Shown here: piece by piece, positions 1-12,075 of the stretch
Numbering within the stretch: position 1 is the stretch's first letter
Layout of the letters: each line of letters begins with the position of its first letter
Assembly: GCA_950097015.1 (NCBI GenBank)
Contig: CATNEN010000039.1
Location: forward strand, 9,486,001-9,550,000
Source of the DNA: Macrostomum hystrix
Taxonomy: Eukaryota > Animalia > Platyhelminthes
Direction: 5' to 3'
DNA length: 64,000 nucleotides
Translations under genes and position numbers: made by a program
Notes under the pieces: generated by a model
Databases searched by the model: none
Told to the model about the DNA's origin: nothing
Seen by the model: the letters and a program-made list of their open reading frames with translations, nothing else

Positions 1-3000
1 AGGCCAGTCGCGAGTCGTTCCAAAACTGGCGGAGGAACATGTTGATGGAGTAGTCCTGCGGGAAGGCGGCCGGACTGTGAGGTTGTTTGGTGCTGAGCAC
101 AGATTTGAGAATGTTAGGATTGAGTTTACATTTAGATACTTTGAGAGATGCTGGGACATTGGGGTAATCGTGGGACATTGGGATAATTTGGGACATTAGG
201 ATAATTTAAGGCATTGTGATAATTTGGGACATTGGGATAATTTGGGACATTTGGGATAATTTGGGACATTTGGGATAATTTGGGACATTTGGGATAATTT
301 GGGACATTGGGATAATTTGGGACATTGGGATAGTTTGGGACATTTGGGATAATTTGGGACATTTGGGATAATTTGGGACATTTGGGATAATTTGGGACAT
401 TGGGATAATTTGGGACATTGGGATAGTTTAAGGCATTAGGATAATTTGAGAATTTTGGATGATTTGAGGCATAATAAACTTGTGACAGTATCTACGATAA
501 GAAATAATAATAAAAACTTGGATCGAAATTAATTCAAGAGCATGCAAGCAAGAAAAAGGTGCATGACTTTAAGCGAACAAAAGAATAGGTAAAATTTAGC
601 GAATGAAGTCTAGACAATGCTAGCACTAATCCTAAAGAATTAGAGCCCATTGGTTTGAGTGTCATCCGAGTGTTAAGAACTGCCTTTTGTCGTCCATTTT
701 ATCGGCCCTCGCAGCGGCTCGAATCCTTTTTTGCCTGCTCGCTCTTTTGGCGTAGAAAGTTGAAGAAAACTTTGGTCTCTCACACAGAAGCTTCTTATCT
801 AAAGTGTCCGGCACTTTTATTTGGAGGAAGAGGATGGGGGTGGTAAGACTACGTGCCAAGGTTGAGCAATCCGCGCTAATGACTTGCCTGTCTCCAACCG
901 ATTCGCCCCGGCAAGACTATATATGATGGTAGGCTGTGCCTTACGGCGTTAAGATGGGATGTGGAGGTTAAGAGTACAGGACTAGCCACTCCAGATTCGC
1001 ACTCACAGAATTTTCAATAGCAGGTCAGGGGACTGTGACGAAGTGTTTGGCTGCAACTTCGGGTCGAGGTTGGGCCATGGAAAACACAAGTAACCACACT
1101 TAAATCTTGGTAGCTTAGCAACTGAGATTTCCCTAGTAACCACACTTAAATCTTGGTAGCTTAGCAACTGAGATTTCCCTAGTAACCACACTTAAATCTT
1201 GGTAGCTTAGCAACTGAGATTATTTACCTAGTAACCACACTTAAATCTTGGTAGCTTAGCAACTGAGATTTCCCTAGTAACCACACTTAAATCTTGGTAG
1301 CTTAGCAACTGAGATTTCCCTAGTAACCACACTTAAATCTTGGTAGCTTAGCAACTGAGATTTCCCTAGTAACCACACTTAAATCTTGGTAGCTTAGCAA
1401 CTGAGATTATTTACCTAGTAACCACACTTAAATCTTGGTAGCTTAGCAACTGAGATTTCCCTAGTAACCACACTTAAATCTTGGTAGCTTAGCAACTGAG
1501 ATTATTTCCCTAGTAACCACACTTAAATCTTGGTAGCTTAGCAACTGAGATTTCCCTAGTAACCACACTTAAATCTTGGTAGCTTAGCAACTGAGATTAT
1601 TTCCCTAGTAACCACACTTAAATCTTGGTAGCTTAGCAATTGAGATTTCCCTAGTAACGACACTGAATTCTTGGTAGCTTAGCAACTGAGATTTCCCTAG
1701 TAACCACACTTAAATCTTGGTAGCTTAGCAACTGAGATTATTTACCTAGTAACCACACTTAAATCTTGGTAGCTTAGCAACTGAGATTTCCCTAGAAACC
1801 ACACTTAAATCTTGGTAGCTTAGCAACTGAGATTATTTACCTAGTAACCACACTTAAATCTTGGTAGCTTAGCAACTGAGATTTCCCTAGTAACGACACT
1901 GAATTCTTGGTAGCTTAGCAACTGAGATTTCCCTAGTAACGACACTTAAATCTTGGTAGCTTAGCAACTGAGATTATTTACCTAGTAACCACACTTAAAT
2001 CTTGGTAGCTTAGCAACTGAGATTTCCCTAGTAACGACACTTAAATCTTGGTAGCTTAGCAACTGAGATTATTTACCTAGTAACCACACTTAAATCTTGG
2101 TAGCTTAGCAACTGAGATTTCCCTAGTAACCACACTTAAATCTTGGTAGCTTAGCAACTGAGATTATTTACCTAGTAACCACACTTAAATCTTGGTAGCT
2201 TAGCAACTGAGATTTCCCTAGTAACGACACTGAATTCTTGGTAGCTTAGCAACTGAGATTTCCCTAGTAACCACACTTAAATCTTGGTAGCTTAGCAACT
2301 GAGATTTCCCTAGCAACCACACTTAAATCTTGGTAGCTTAGCAACTGAGATTTCCCTAGTAACGACACTGAATTCTTGGTAGCTTAGCAACTGAGATTTC
2401 CCTAGTAACCACACTGAAATCTTGGTAGCTTAGCAACTGAGATTTCCCTACTAACGACACTGAATTCTTGGTAGCTTGGTATCAACTCGGGCTATTTTTA
2501 AATGATGCAATAAAGTTGGTAGCTTAGCAACCTGAATTTCCCTAGAACCGACTCAGAAAATTTTGGTAGCTTAGCAGCTTGCGACAGAATTATTGGAAGC
2601 TTAGCGACCCAAGCTATTTAAAAATGACGTATAATAATAAAGTTAGTAGGAAACCGAGATTTCCCAAGCAAAAATTTAGTTGCATATGGCAGCTCTTTAT
2701 TACGTATTCTATATGGCATACCACGATGAGTTTGGTGGAAAGAGAACCTGCAACTCGTTAAGATAAAGCGGTTACATTTTCACACAGCACAATTGAATTT
2801 GATCATGTAAGTAGCCAGCATGCCAACAAATCCGACCATCTCACCATGTTTATAACGCTTATAAATTTGAGAAAAAGCTAACAAAACTTGATTAATATAC
2901 TCGATTTTATAAAGTACAGTCGAGGCTGCTCACCATTGACCTCTCGTTCACCCCACTGATGGAGTGAATCATTGTGCTCACGAGCACTTTCACCATTGTG

Positions 3001-3792
3001 CCTGAAAATACAAACACATTCAGTTATTGTTTCGGTTTCGGATTCGTATTCGGGTTCTCAATAGGGCGAACTGTGCACATGTTGCGCTCACCTGTGTACA
3101 TCGAAGGCGGCAGCGATTTGTCATAGTTTTCAAAGATTCTCGCAACGAAATCACGCATCGTTTCATTGTTGTGCCCGATTCTGCGGGTTCGCAGGAAGGA
3201 CTTTGACGAAAATAACAAAACCTACCCTCCTTCCTTCCTTCCTTCCCTCCTTCCTTCCTTCCTTCCTTCCTTCCTTCCTTCCTTCCTTCCTTCCCTCCTT
3301 CCTTCCTTCCTCCCTTCCTTCCTTCCTTCCTTCCTTCCTTCCTTCCCTCCTTCCTTCCTTCCTTCGTTCCCTCCTTCCTTCCTTCCTTCCTTCCTTCCTT
3401 CCTTCCTTCCTTCCTTCCCTCCTTCCTTCCTTCCTCCCTTCCTTCCTTCCTTCCTTCCTTCCTTCCTTCCCTCCTTCCTTCCTTCCTTCCCTCCTTCCTT
3501 CCTTCCTTCCTTCGTTCCCTCCATCCTTCCTTCCCTCCTTCCTTCCTTCCTTCCTTCCTGCCTTCCTTCCTTCCTTCCTTCCTCCCTTCCTTCCTTCCTG
3601 CCTTCCTTCCTTCCTTCCTTCCTTCCTTCCTTCCTGCCTTCCTTCCTTCCTTCCTTCCTTCCTTCCTTCCTGCCTTCCTTCTTTCCTTCCTTCCTTCCTT
3701 CCTTCCTCCCTTCCTTCCTTCCCTCCTTCCTTCCTTCCTTCCCTCCTTCCTTCCTTCCTCCCTTCCTTCCTTCCTTCCTTCCTTCCTGCCTT

Positions 3793-3824
<32 letters not shown>

Positions 3825-4074
3825 CCTGCCTTCCTTCCTTCCTTCCTTCCTGCCTTCCTTCCTTTCTTCCTGCCTTCCTTCCTGCCTTCCTGCCTTCCTT
3901 CCTTCCTTCCTTCCTTCCTTCCCTCCTTCCTTCCTTCCTTCCTGCCTTCCTTCCTACCCGCAGGTGGAAGCCCTTATCTGACCTGAGCTGGTTCTCAGCA
4001 GCTGAAGTGAGCAGTGCTGCTGCAATGGCCAGACCGCAGCTCAGCAAGGCAGCAACGCCGCTTCTGACCGCCAT
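1..4074 (-). CDS. Cys-loop ligand-gated anion channel subunit (glycine receptor/GluCl-like), 5' exons; gene continues left of the window
   Basis: Exons 4074-3983 (signal peptide MAVRSGVAALLSCGLAIAAALLTSAA), 3180-3092 (RDFVARIFENYDKSLPP), 3001-2934 (68 nt, TMVKVLVSTMIHSISGVNERSM) and 55-<1 (DYSINMFLRQFWNDSRLA, cf. GlyR DYRVNIFLRQQWNDPRLA). All junctions are GT-AG with compatible phases, and the M|D intron position matches GlyR/GABA-A genes. Confidence 0.9.
150..445. repeat. 18-19 bp minisatellite (GGGATAATTTGGGACATT[T])n, intronic
   Basis: Direct tandem repeats; source of the spurious ORFs at 132-418. Confidence 0.95.
1090..2480. repeat. 46/49 bp minisatellite (CTAGTAACCACACTTAAATCTTGGTAGCTTAGCAACTGAGATTTCC)n, intronic
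   Basis: About 30 near-identical tandem units with a few recurring variants, decaying towards ~2600. Confidence 0.95.
3225..3955. repeat. (CCTT)n microsatellite in intron 1 of the channel gene
   Basis: Pure pyrimidine tetranucleotide tract; the GRKE/PSFL ORFs are translation artefacts. Confidence 0.97.
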
Positions 4075-4547
4075 GGTGAGTCGTGGCTTCGCTGTCAATC
4101 AGTGTTGCGGAGTGTTTTGTGAAATCAGTTTTCTACTAAAAGTTTCCTGTTCAGGTGTTGCTGACTTTCCTGCCTTCTCCAGCTGCAACAAACAAGCTGA
4201 ATTGAAGGTGCATCAAGTTCACGAGTCGAAACTGTGCGGTAGAAATGTTTGATGTCTCTGAAAATAAGCCCACAAGACGTTGGTCTCAGCCATTCCTCTG
4301 CCAGCGCCGAGCTGCCTGAATTCTGATTGGATGCCTCGACTTATGGAGCGCTTTGCAGTCACAGGATATTGTTGGCTGACTACTATTAGTAGGCAGCATG
4401 GTGCTGCAAGCGGTGTCTGGCGTCTGGCAGGTCGATAGCCTGGCTTGGTAGCTCCTCTGGTGAGGCGACCGAACTGCTCATCCTGTAACATCTGCGACGA
4501 GCGAGCCTCACGAGTATACCTGATGGCGAGCTTTTGGTTTTTTCTAG

Positions 4548-6430
4548 GCGTTTCATGGAACTAAAGATTTGGTACAGTTAAATCAAGGTATGTTTCTGGC
4601 ACTTATCAGATGCAGTTTTACAGTTGATTTTGTTCCTGCCTTCCTTCTTTCCTTCCTTCCTTCCTTCCTTCCTTCCTTCCCTCCTTCCTTCCTTCCTTCC
4701 TGCCTTCCTTCCTTCCTTCCTTCCTTCCTTCCTGCCTTCCTTCCTTCCTTCCTTCCTTCCTTCCTGCCTTCCTTCCTTCCTTCCTTCCTTCCTTCCTTCC
4801 TTCCTTCCCTCCTTCCTTCCTTCTCTCCTTCCTTCCTTCCTTCCTTCCTTCCTTCCTTCCTTCCTTCCTTCCTTCCTTCCCTCCTTCCTTCCTTCCTGCC
4901 TTCCTTCCTTCCTTCCTTCCTTCCCTCCTTCCTTCCTTCTCTACTTCCTTCCTTCCTTCCTTCCTTCCTTCCTTCCTTCCTTCCTTCCTTCCTTCCTTCC
5001 TTCCTTCCTTCCTGCCTTCCTTCTTTCCTTCCTTCCTTCCTTCCTTCCCTCCTTCCTTCCTTCTCTCCTTCCTTCCTTCCTTCCTTCCTTCCTTCCTTCC
5101 TTCCTTCCTTCCTTCCTTCCTTCCTTCCTTCCTTCCTTCCTTCCTTCCTTCCTGCCTTCCTTCTTTCCTTCCTTCCTTCCTTCCTTCCTTCCTTCCCTCC
5201 TTCCTTCCTTCCTTCTTTCCTTCCTGCCATCCATCCGAGCAGACACCCAGACCGGCAGAGCGGGCACCGTGCAGTCTCACCTGGTTGACACCAGCGGTTG
5301 CTATCGGATCTTTGCGCTCGGCGCTCGCGGCGGCAGCGCCTGCCCCATTTTGTCGCCTATCTTCTATGGCGGCCGCGGCGCCTCATTGGTTGGCAACTTC
5401 AGCCTCTCTGCCGGCACTGAACTGTCGATCGTTGTCGGCCAGGCCGGCGGGACGGCCTCCCAGGATCAATCGAACGCTGCCTCTGGTGGCGGCGGTGGTA
5501 GCTTCGTGTACCGGACGGCTGACAATTGGCTACTGGTGGCCGCTGGAGGCGGCGGCGGCGACGGACGCCAGGTGGGAACTGGTTAGGGGCGTGCAGTTAT
5601 TGATATCGTAATACTGTTGCGAGTATTAAACCAGTCCACATGCCCCCATCTGTCCTTGAAGGCATTGCGGGCCAGGCGTGCAGCAACGGCACCGACTCGC
5701 TGCCAGTCAGCAGCAGCTACACCGGTTTCGGAGGCGCCAACGGGCAGCCGGGCTTCACCAACACCTCCCTGGGGAATTATCACGGAGGACCCGGGGCCGG
5801 CTGGCTCGGCATGGCTAACATGACGCGGAGAAATGCCTACCATGGGGACAGGTGACACCTCTGTTTGTTGCATATACGTTAGGGGGCTCGGTGGCAGAGT
5901 GGTTATCAGGCTTACCTCTCGCACTAATGTCCCTGAGCACGACTTCACGGCGAGGACCACATTCATTTGGGGCGCAGCCGCGGAGAGAAGGCTTGGGGGC
6001 TTGTCGTGCAATTTACGCCTTTGAAGGTCAACCTCCAAGGCACAGTGAGAGTGTACCCTGCCTGACGATGAGAAAGTCAGGGCAGATGTACACACCTGTG
6101 TGAGCAAGCGCCTTCGTACCGTATCTGTGTGCGCGTGTGCTCAGGAGTCAGCGAAATAAGCCGAATCGCCTCTTCGCTGGCTGAGGGTCTAATATCACCA
6201 AATTATGTGGCATTGCTCGCAGCCCTCGTGCTAAATTTTTCTTATTTATTACATCTTCGTTTCGAGCATATTTTCTTGAAAAAAATCAATCATTTCTACT
6301 TATAGTAGAGTAGTTGAGACATGATTAGTATAAGCTTAGATTAAATGTCACACTGCAGGGGTGGCAGTCGCGCCGAGGGCTGGATCGGTGGCCTAGCCGG
6401 CCAGAGCAACGTCGCTGCCGTCGGCGGTTT

Positions 6431-6479
<49 letters not shown>

Positions 6480-6631
6480 TTCAGTGGCGGAGGCACCGGG
6501 CTCTTTTTCGGCTACACCGGCGGCGGCGCCGGCTCCTTCTGCGGCGGCGTCGGCTTCTGACCGGTGGCAACACGGACGCTGAGCACGGATCGGTGGTTTT
6601 GGAGCTCACGGCATTCGGAGCATGCGGTTGA
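4548..6631 (+). CDS. ALK/LTK-type glycine-rich domain protein (no kinase seen); possibly pseudogenised, 5' end unresolved
   Basis: Exons 4548-4587, 5243-5581 (VQSHLVDTSGCYRIFALGARGG...GGRGA..GNFSLSAGTELSIVVGQAG..SGGGGGSFVY..LLVAAGGGGG), 5662-5851 and 6359-6560, with compatible phases. The typical C-terminal motif TGGNTDAEHGSVVLE continues in another frame to TGA at 6631. Confidence 0.7.
4634..5228. repeat. (CCTT)n microsatellite, intronic
   Basis: Second long CCTT tract, lying between the donor after 4587 and the acceptor at 5242. Confidence 0.97.
5880..6235 (+). mobile_element. tRNA-derived SINE, family A (intronic)
   Basis: A-box-like TGGCAGAGTGG and degenerate B-box; body shared with the copies at 15065, 23670, 32750 and 40585; AT-rich tail. 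Confidence 0.8.
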
Positions 6632-6954
6632 CACTAAGCCATTCGCTAAGCATTCTCAAAACAACCTAGAGACCGATTAGTAGCTACATACCTTATTGGG
6701 CAGTGAGAGAAACTAACTGCGATTTGCAGATTTATAAATACACGGCATGTCTACTAAACATACAAGATAAGACTCCCGAAGCGATGCAACTTTGAGAAAC
6801 TGGTTTGAGAACGAATAAGCTTTGTTCTAAAAAATTAGAAGTGTTCTCAAACAATTGAGTGTTCTCATGCCAGTAAGCAGTGTTACCAAAACAATGAGCA
6901 GTGTTCACCGCACACTGCGCACTGCTCAATGGTTTGAAATACTGCTCACTGCTC

Positions 6955-7057
6955 ACTGTTTTGAGAACATTGCACACTGGTTTGAGAACACTGCACACTG
7001 GTTTGAGAACACTGCACACTGGTTTGAGAACACTGCACACTGGTTTGAGAACACTGC
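6955..7057. repeat. 21 bp tandem repeat (CACTGCACACTGGTTTGAGAA)n
   Basis: About 5 tandem copies. Confidence 0.9.
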
Positions 7058-7526
7058 TCGAAGCTAATGAACCCTACTTTTGGGACTCACAAGCAGCATG
7101 ATGGCAAAGTTTTTTTGTCCACTTTTAAAAGTACAAGTACATCTTTCCCTATAGTCAATGCAGGCAGTTGCGCCTGCTTCGATGAGCTCAAATCCCTCTT
7201 AGATCCCGTGTCCTCCCGCAGGCCTAGTTTTAGCTCATGTTTCCGGATAAAGCTGTGAAGCGCACTTGAAAAAAACATTGTTTGTGAGGCGTGCCCTGCT
7301 CACCTGCTCGTGAAGACTGTTGATGGATGAGGAGGAACGATTGCTTGACAAGGCGTGTTTGAGACCACCCTTGAGAACATTCCCTACAGCTGCGCCCTAC
7401 AGCTGAGATGTCATCGCTTGCTGTATCAGAGCTGCTTTACTTTTTTTAGTCGCACTCGAAACGGAAAAATCATAATTAGCCTGTTTACGATTGTATTGTT
7501 TCAAAGTTGATATTTTATCGCTTCAT

Positions 7527-8080
7527 AGGTACGAAGTTTAGTCCCAGTTCAGAATGAACTTCAGTCTTAGTTCAGAATGGACTTTAGTCTTAGTTCAGGA
7601 TGGACTTCAGTCTTAGTTCAGAATGGACTTTAGTCTTAGTTCAGAATGAACTTTAGTCTTAGTTCAGATATGAACTTCAGTTCAGAAGTTGCCTTCGTAC
7701 CTTCGTGAAGTTCAGAATGAACTTCAGTTCAGAATGAACTTCAGTTCAGAATGAACTTCAGTTCAGAATGAACTTCATTCCCAGTTCAGAATGAACTTCA
7801 TTCCCAGTTCAGAATGAACTTCAGTTCAGAATGAACTTCAGTTCAGAATGAACTTCAGTTCAGAATGAACTTCAGTTCAGAATGAACTTCAGTTCAGAAT
7901 GAACTTCATTCCCAGTTCAGAATGAACTTTAGTCTTAGTTCAGAATGGACTTTAGTCTTAATTCAGAATGGACTTTAGTCTTAGTTCAGAATGAACTTTA
8001 GTCTTAGTTCAGATATGAACTTCAGTTCAGAAGTTGCCTTCGTACCTTTGTGAAGTTCAGAATGAACTTCAGTCCTTGTT
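7527..8080. repeat. Palindromic 17-23 bp minisatellite (AGTTCAGAATGAACTTC) with 10-bp inverted ends; foldback-like
   Basis: The unit contains the inverted repeat GTTCA-GAA-TGAAC. AGGTACGAAG at 7527 is complementary to CTTCGTACCT at 7693 and 8038. Confidence 0.85.
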
Positions 8081-8661
8081 CAGTATGGCAAACTGGTCAC
8101 AGAAGTGGTTCATCGTGGCCATACAGGTTTCTAATAAAAACTGACTAGCAAATCTGCTTTCAAAGACTGTTTAGCTCAGCAGTATGTAGAGAAGTGCAGA
8201 CAGAGTCACAATACGACTCTCCCTCTCTCTTCTCCTTGCCTCTCCTCCGCCGTGCATCTCCCGTTGCCATTGGTTACGCCTGGCAAAGAAGGACGCGACC
8301 CTCTGTCCGCAGTCAATTATGAGCCGCCCGCGCTGACACATGCGCGCGTGGGCGACCGGCTCAGACTTTGAGGTGTAGAAAAGCAGAAATAGGCAGCCGG
8401 CATTAGTGAGGGACCAGCAACTCGTGCTCAACGGACCCTTGAGCAAGGCTGGTAAAATGCGCCCTCAAAAATTTCTGGGAGGGAAAAGTAATAATATAAT
8501 TTGCCAACTCTCAATGGAGGAGGGATATTGAGGACGCGTGGTGGGACCGCGGGCAGCTTATAATTGTATTGCACTATATTGTGACGAATTCCAAGTTCGA
8601 CGGGAAGCTGTCCAATATGACAATTAGATCATGCGCTGAGAGACTAGCCAATCCCGTGTCC

Positions 8662-9466
8662 CTGAAATCCCAACTCTCTGAAATCCCAACTCTCTGAAAT
8701 CCCAACTCTCTGAAGTCTCAACTCTCTGAAATCCCAACTCTCTGAAATCCCAACTCTGTGAAATCCCAACTCTCTGAAATCCCAACTCTCTGAAGTCTCA
8801 ACTCTCTGAAATCCCAACTCTCTGAAATCCCAACTCTCTGAAATCCCAACTCTCTGAAGTCTCAACTCTCTGAAATCCCAACTCTCTGAAATCCCAACTC
8901 TCTGAAATCCCAACTCTCTGAAGTCTCAACTCTCTGAAATCCCAACTCTCTGAAATCCCAACTCTCTGAAATCCCAACTCTCTGAAATCTCAACTCTCTG
9001 AAATCCCAACTCTCTGAAATCCCAACTCTCTGAACTCTCTGAAATCCCAACTCTCTGAAATCCCAACTCTCTGAAGTCTCAACTCTCTGAAATCCCAACT
9101 CTCTCAAATCCCAACTCTCTGAAATCTCAACTCTCTGAAATCCCAACTCTCTGAAATCCCAACTCTGTGAAATCCCAACTCTCTCAAATCCCAACTCTCT
9201 GTAATCCCAACTCTCTGAAATCCCAACTCTGTGAAATCCCAACTCTCTGAAATCCCAAATCACTGTAATCCCAATTCTCTGAAATCCCAAATCACTGTAA
9301 TCCCAACTCTGTGAAATCCCAACCCTCTCAAATCCCAACTCTCTGAAGTCTCAACTCTCTGTAGTCTCAACTCTCTGAAATCCCAACTCTGTGAAATCTC
9401 AACCCCCTCAAATCCCAACTCTCTGAAATCCCAACTCTCTCAAATCCCAACTCTCTGAAATCCCAA
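8662..9466. repeat. 16 bp minisatellite (TCTGAAATCCCAACTC)n
   Basis: About 50 tandem copies. Confidence 0.95.
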
Positions 9467-10336
9467 TAGTCACAAATCAAATCCCCAAAAAATTAGTATT
9501 GGAAAGCGATTGCCTTATCTGCTATAGGTCTAAGCAGAAGTCTTATTAGCATGGTGATAAGTTGTGCTTTTATTCTATTTTAGGAGCAGCGACTCATCAT
9601 ATAAAAATGATTCCAATAAATGTTCTGGAAAGCATCAATAAAACGAGAAAAAACTAACAAGTCTGCGAATTGGCTGCAATAAAAATGTATATTCCGAAGT
9701 ATTTTCCTAGTATTTTCGAAGTATTTTCGAGAAGTTTGCAAATTATGTGACTGTTTGAATCTGACAGCCATGAAAAGCAAATAAAAAAGCTTGCAGTTTT
9801 GGTGATTGCGTGAAACGCGTTAATTTCAAATTCCGTCTTTGCTAGACGACTAAAACAAAAAGTAAAAATCGTGACAGAAGGAATGCGATAATTTCCCACA
9901 TTAAAATTTCGACTCTACGTTGCTATTCCTAGAAAGCAAGGAAATAGTATAACAAAAGTTAAAAACAGCAAATAAAGTTTGCCTAAACTACTGTAATTGC
10001 ATTGCTGGATGCAACAGAATTAAAATATAGACTTTAAACAGAGTTTGGTAGTTTTTATCGGATATTGAGTTTCGCTCGGACTGAGGATTATTACACGTGA
10101 TTTGAGCACTATTTCTAAGAATATGGATGCGATAAAAGTTCTGAATAGTTGCGCTCTTAAATTTTTGGATAAAAACTTCATGAGATTTCTTATAACAAAA
10201 ACACAAGCATCAAAAATCTGCTTTTGCACTTTGAAATTAATAGCCACAAAACCGTAGCTCGAAAATAAATACGACTTAACAGCTGACGAACAACTTCAAA
10301 ACTGTACCCAGACTGGTAGGTAAATCTGACTGGGAG

Positions 10337-10812
10337 TAATCTGGTGGGTCAGATTAGGAATAATCTGGTGGGTCAGATTAGGAATAATCTGGTGGGTCAG
10401 ATTAGGAATAATCTGGTGGGTCAGATTAGGAATAATCTGGTGGGTCAGATTAGGAATAATCTGGTGGGTCAGATTAGGAATAATCTGGTGGGTCAGATTA
10501 GGAATAATCTGGTGGGTCAGATTAGGAATAATCTGGTGGGTCAGATTAGGAATAATCTGGTGGGTCAGGTTGGGACCGGTCAGATAGCACAGACTTTGCC
10601 TAATCAGATGGGTCAGACTGGTCAGGTGTGTCAGACTAGACAGGTGGGTCAGACTAGACAGGTGGGTCAGGCTAGACAGGTGTGTCAGACTGGTCAGGTG
10701 GGTCAGACTAGTCAGGTGTGTCAGACTAGACGGGTGGGTCAGACTAGACAGGTGGGTCAGACTTTGACCTATTAGGTGGATCAGTCTTTGACTAGTTAGG
10801 TGGGTCAGACTT
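10337..10812. repeat. 24 bp minisatellite (GGTGGGTCAGATTAGGAATAATCT)n grading into an 18 bp GGTGGGTCAGACTAGACA repeat
   Basis: Tandem copies; the unit contains the hairpin CAGATTA-GGAA-TAATCTG. Confidence 0.92.
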
Positions 10813-10902
10813 TAACAAATCGGGTGGTTCAGATAGCACAGACTTGATTGATTAAAAAACAAGTAGAATAAATCAGACCGGAAGATCTGCCGCTCCGCAG
10901 TT

Positions 10903-12075
10903 CTACGGCATTTTGCCTTCCAGTTTCCGTTGTCGAACTCGAAGGCTGTAACGCAGCACGATGACGAATGCGCTGACGGCCACGAGGCCCGCACTGAGCA
11001 GCATCGGCGGCCAGGGCAGCGGCGGGGCTGACGAGGTCGACAAAAACCGGCGCCGGTCGCGCAGGTCGAAGCGCAGGGCGGTGATCTGGTCGGCGGTGCC
11101 CATGCAGCCGGCCAGGTGGAACAGCTGGTGCGAATGGCCCACAATGTCAAACGCCCCAGGCCACAGTCGCTCTGGCAGATGGGTGAGATACAGAAAGGCC
11201 ATCGCTAGCACCAGCCAGAGCTGACGGCGCCAGTAAGGCAGAGACTCGGCCAGACCTTCTTCGTTGTTGGCTGCAGCGGCTGCGGCGGCGATCAGCCGCG
11301 CCAGCACCGGCAGGTTGGCGATAAGGTAGGCCAGAACGAAGCCGGACAAGCGAAGAGCCTGGCGGCTAAGAGACCTTGGAGTAGGAGAGTGAGTCACGGT
11401 GAGTGAGAGTGTACACTGGCTAGCTGACGATGAGAAAGTCTGGACATGAGATGTACACAATTGTGTGTGTGCTCTCAGGGATTTAAGATTTAACTCGTTG
11501 AATCTAGAAACTGCATTCCCAGAATTTTAATGTCAATGCCGGTCGCCTGACCTGGGCATGAACCTGGTCTTGCAGGAGGTCCAGACGCCCCAGACTGCGG
11601 TGACGGTTGACGCAGCCAGCAGTAGCAGCTGCGGCGTCGGCGACATCATCTGGCTGGGCAGGGAGTAAGTTGCGTAGGCGCAGGTGGCGCAATGGCCGTA
11701 GAAGGCGATGGCGGCGTAGTCGATGAAGAAGCAGACGTCGCGAGCCTCGCGGGAGAGCACGTTGAACATGTGGGCCAGGGCGGAGGCCAGGGGGTAGAGC
11801 ACTGAGGCCAGGAGGAACAGGTAGAGCGGCCAGGTGTCGGGGTCGGAGCAGCCGTTCTCGCGGTAGGCTGTTACGGCCATAGATATAAATGCAATGGAGC
11901 CAATAAGGTGGCTCCAAACGTTTAGAGTTTCGTTATTCCAACTGAAGATGCTTCGGATGCACTGGATGACTGAGCCGCAGACTGGTCGATATCCGGAGAG
12001 GATGAAGACCTCCTTGAAGTGGCCTGGCACCTCGTGGTGGTGCAAAACCACTGGCTTTAGGCAGGTAGTCAGCAT
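10903..12075 (-). CDS. PAQR-family membrane progestin receptor-like protein (PAQR5/6/mPR type)
   Basis: Exons 12075-11552 and ~11365(or 11374)-10903. PAQR motifs: ILSGYR, NETLNVWSH, SALAHMF, DYAAI, PERLWPGAFDIVGHSHQLFH. Confidence 0.9.
11395..11480 (+). mobile_element. SINE family A internal fragment in the PAQR intron
   Basis: GTGAGAGTGTACACTG..CTGACGATGAGAAAGTC..AGATGTACACA matches family A. Confidence 0.6.

Noticed and set aside
1090-2480. CRISPR-like array (also 43678-44610 and 56890-57262)
   Set aside because: Units are contiguous with no unique spacers, there are no cas genes and the context is eukaryotic; these are minisatellites.
3163-5586. Long GRKE/PSFL ORFs as proteins
   Set aside because: They are translations of (CCTT)n tracts lying inside introns defined by splice sites.
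10344-10775. Repeat proteins GQIRNNLV, SEI (34147) and RIAHCQN (21156)
   Set aside because: These are stop-free frames of minisatellites with no start context or splice support.
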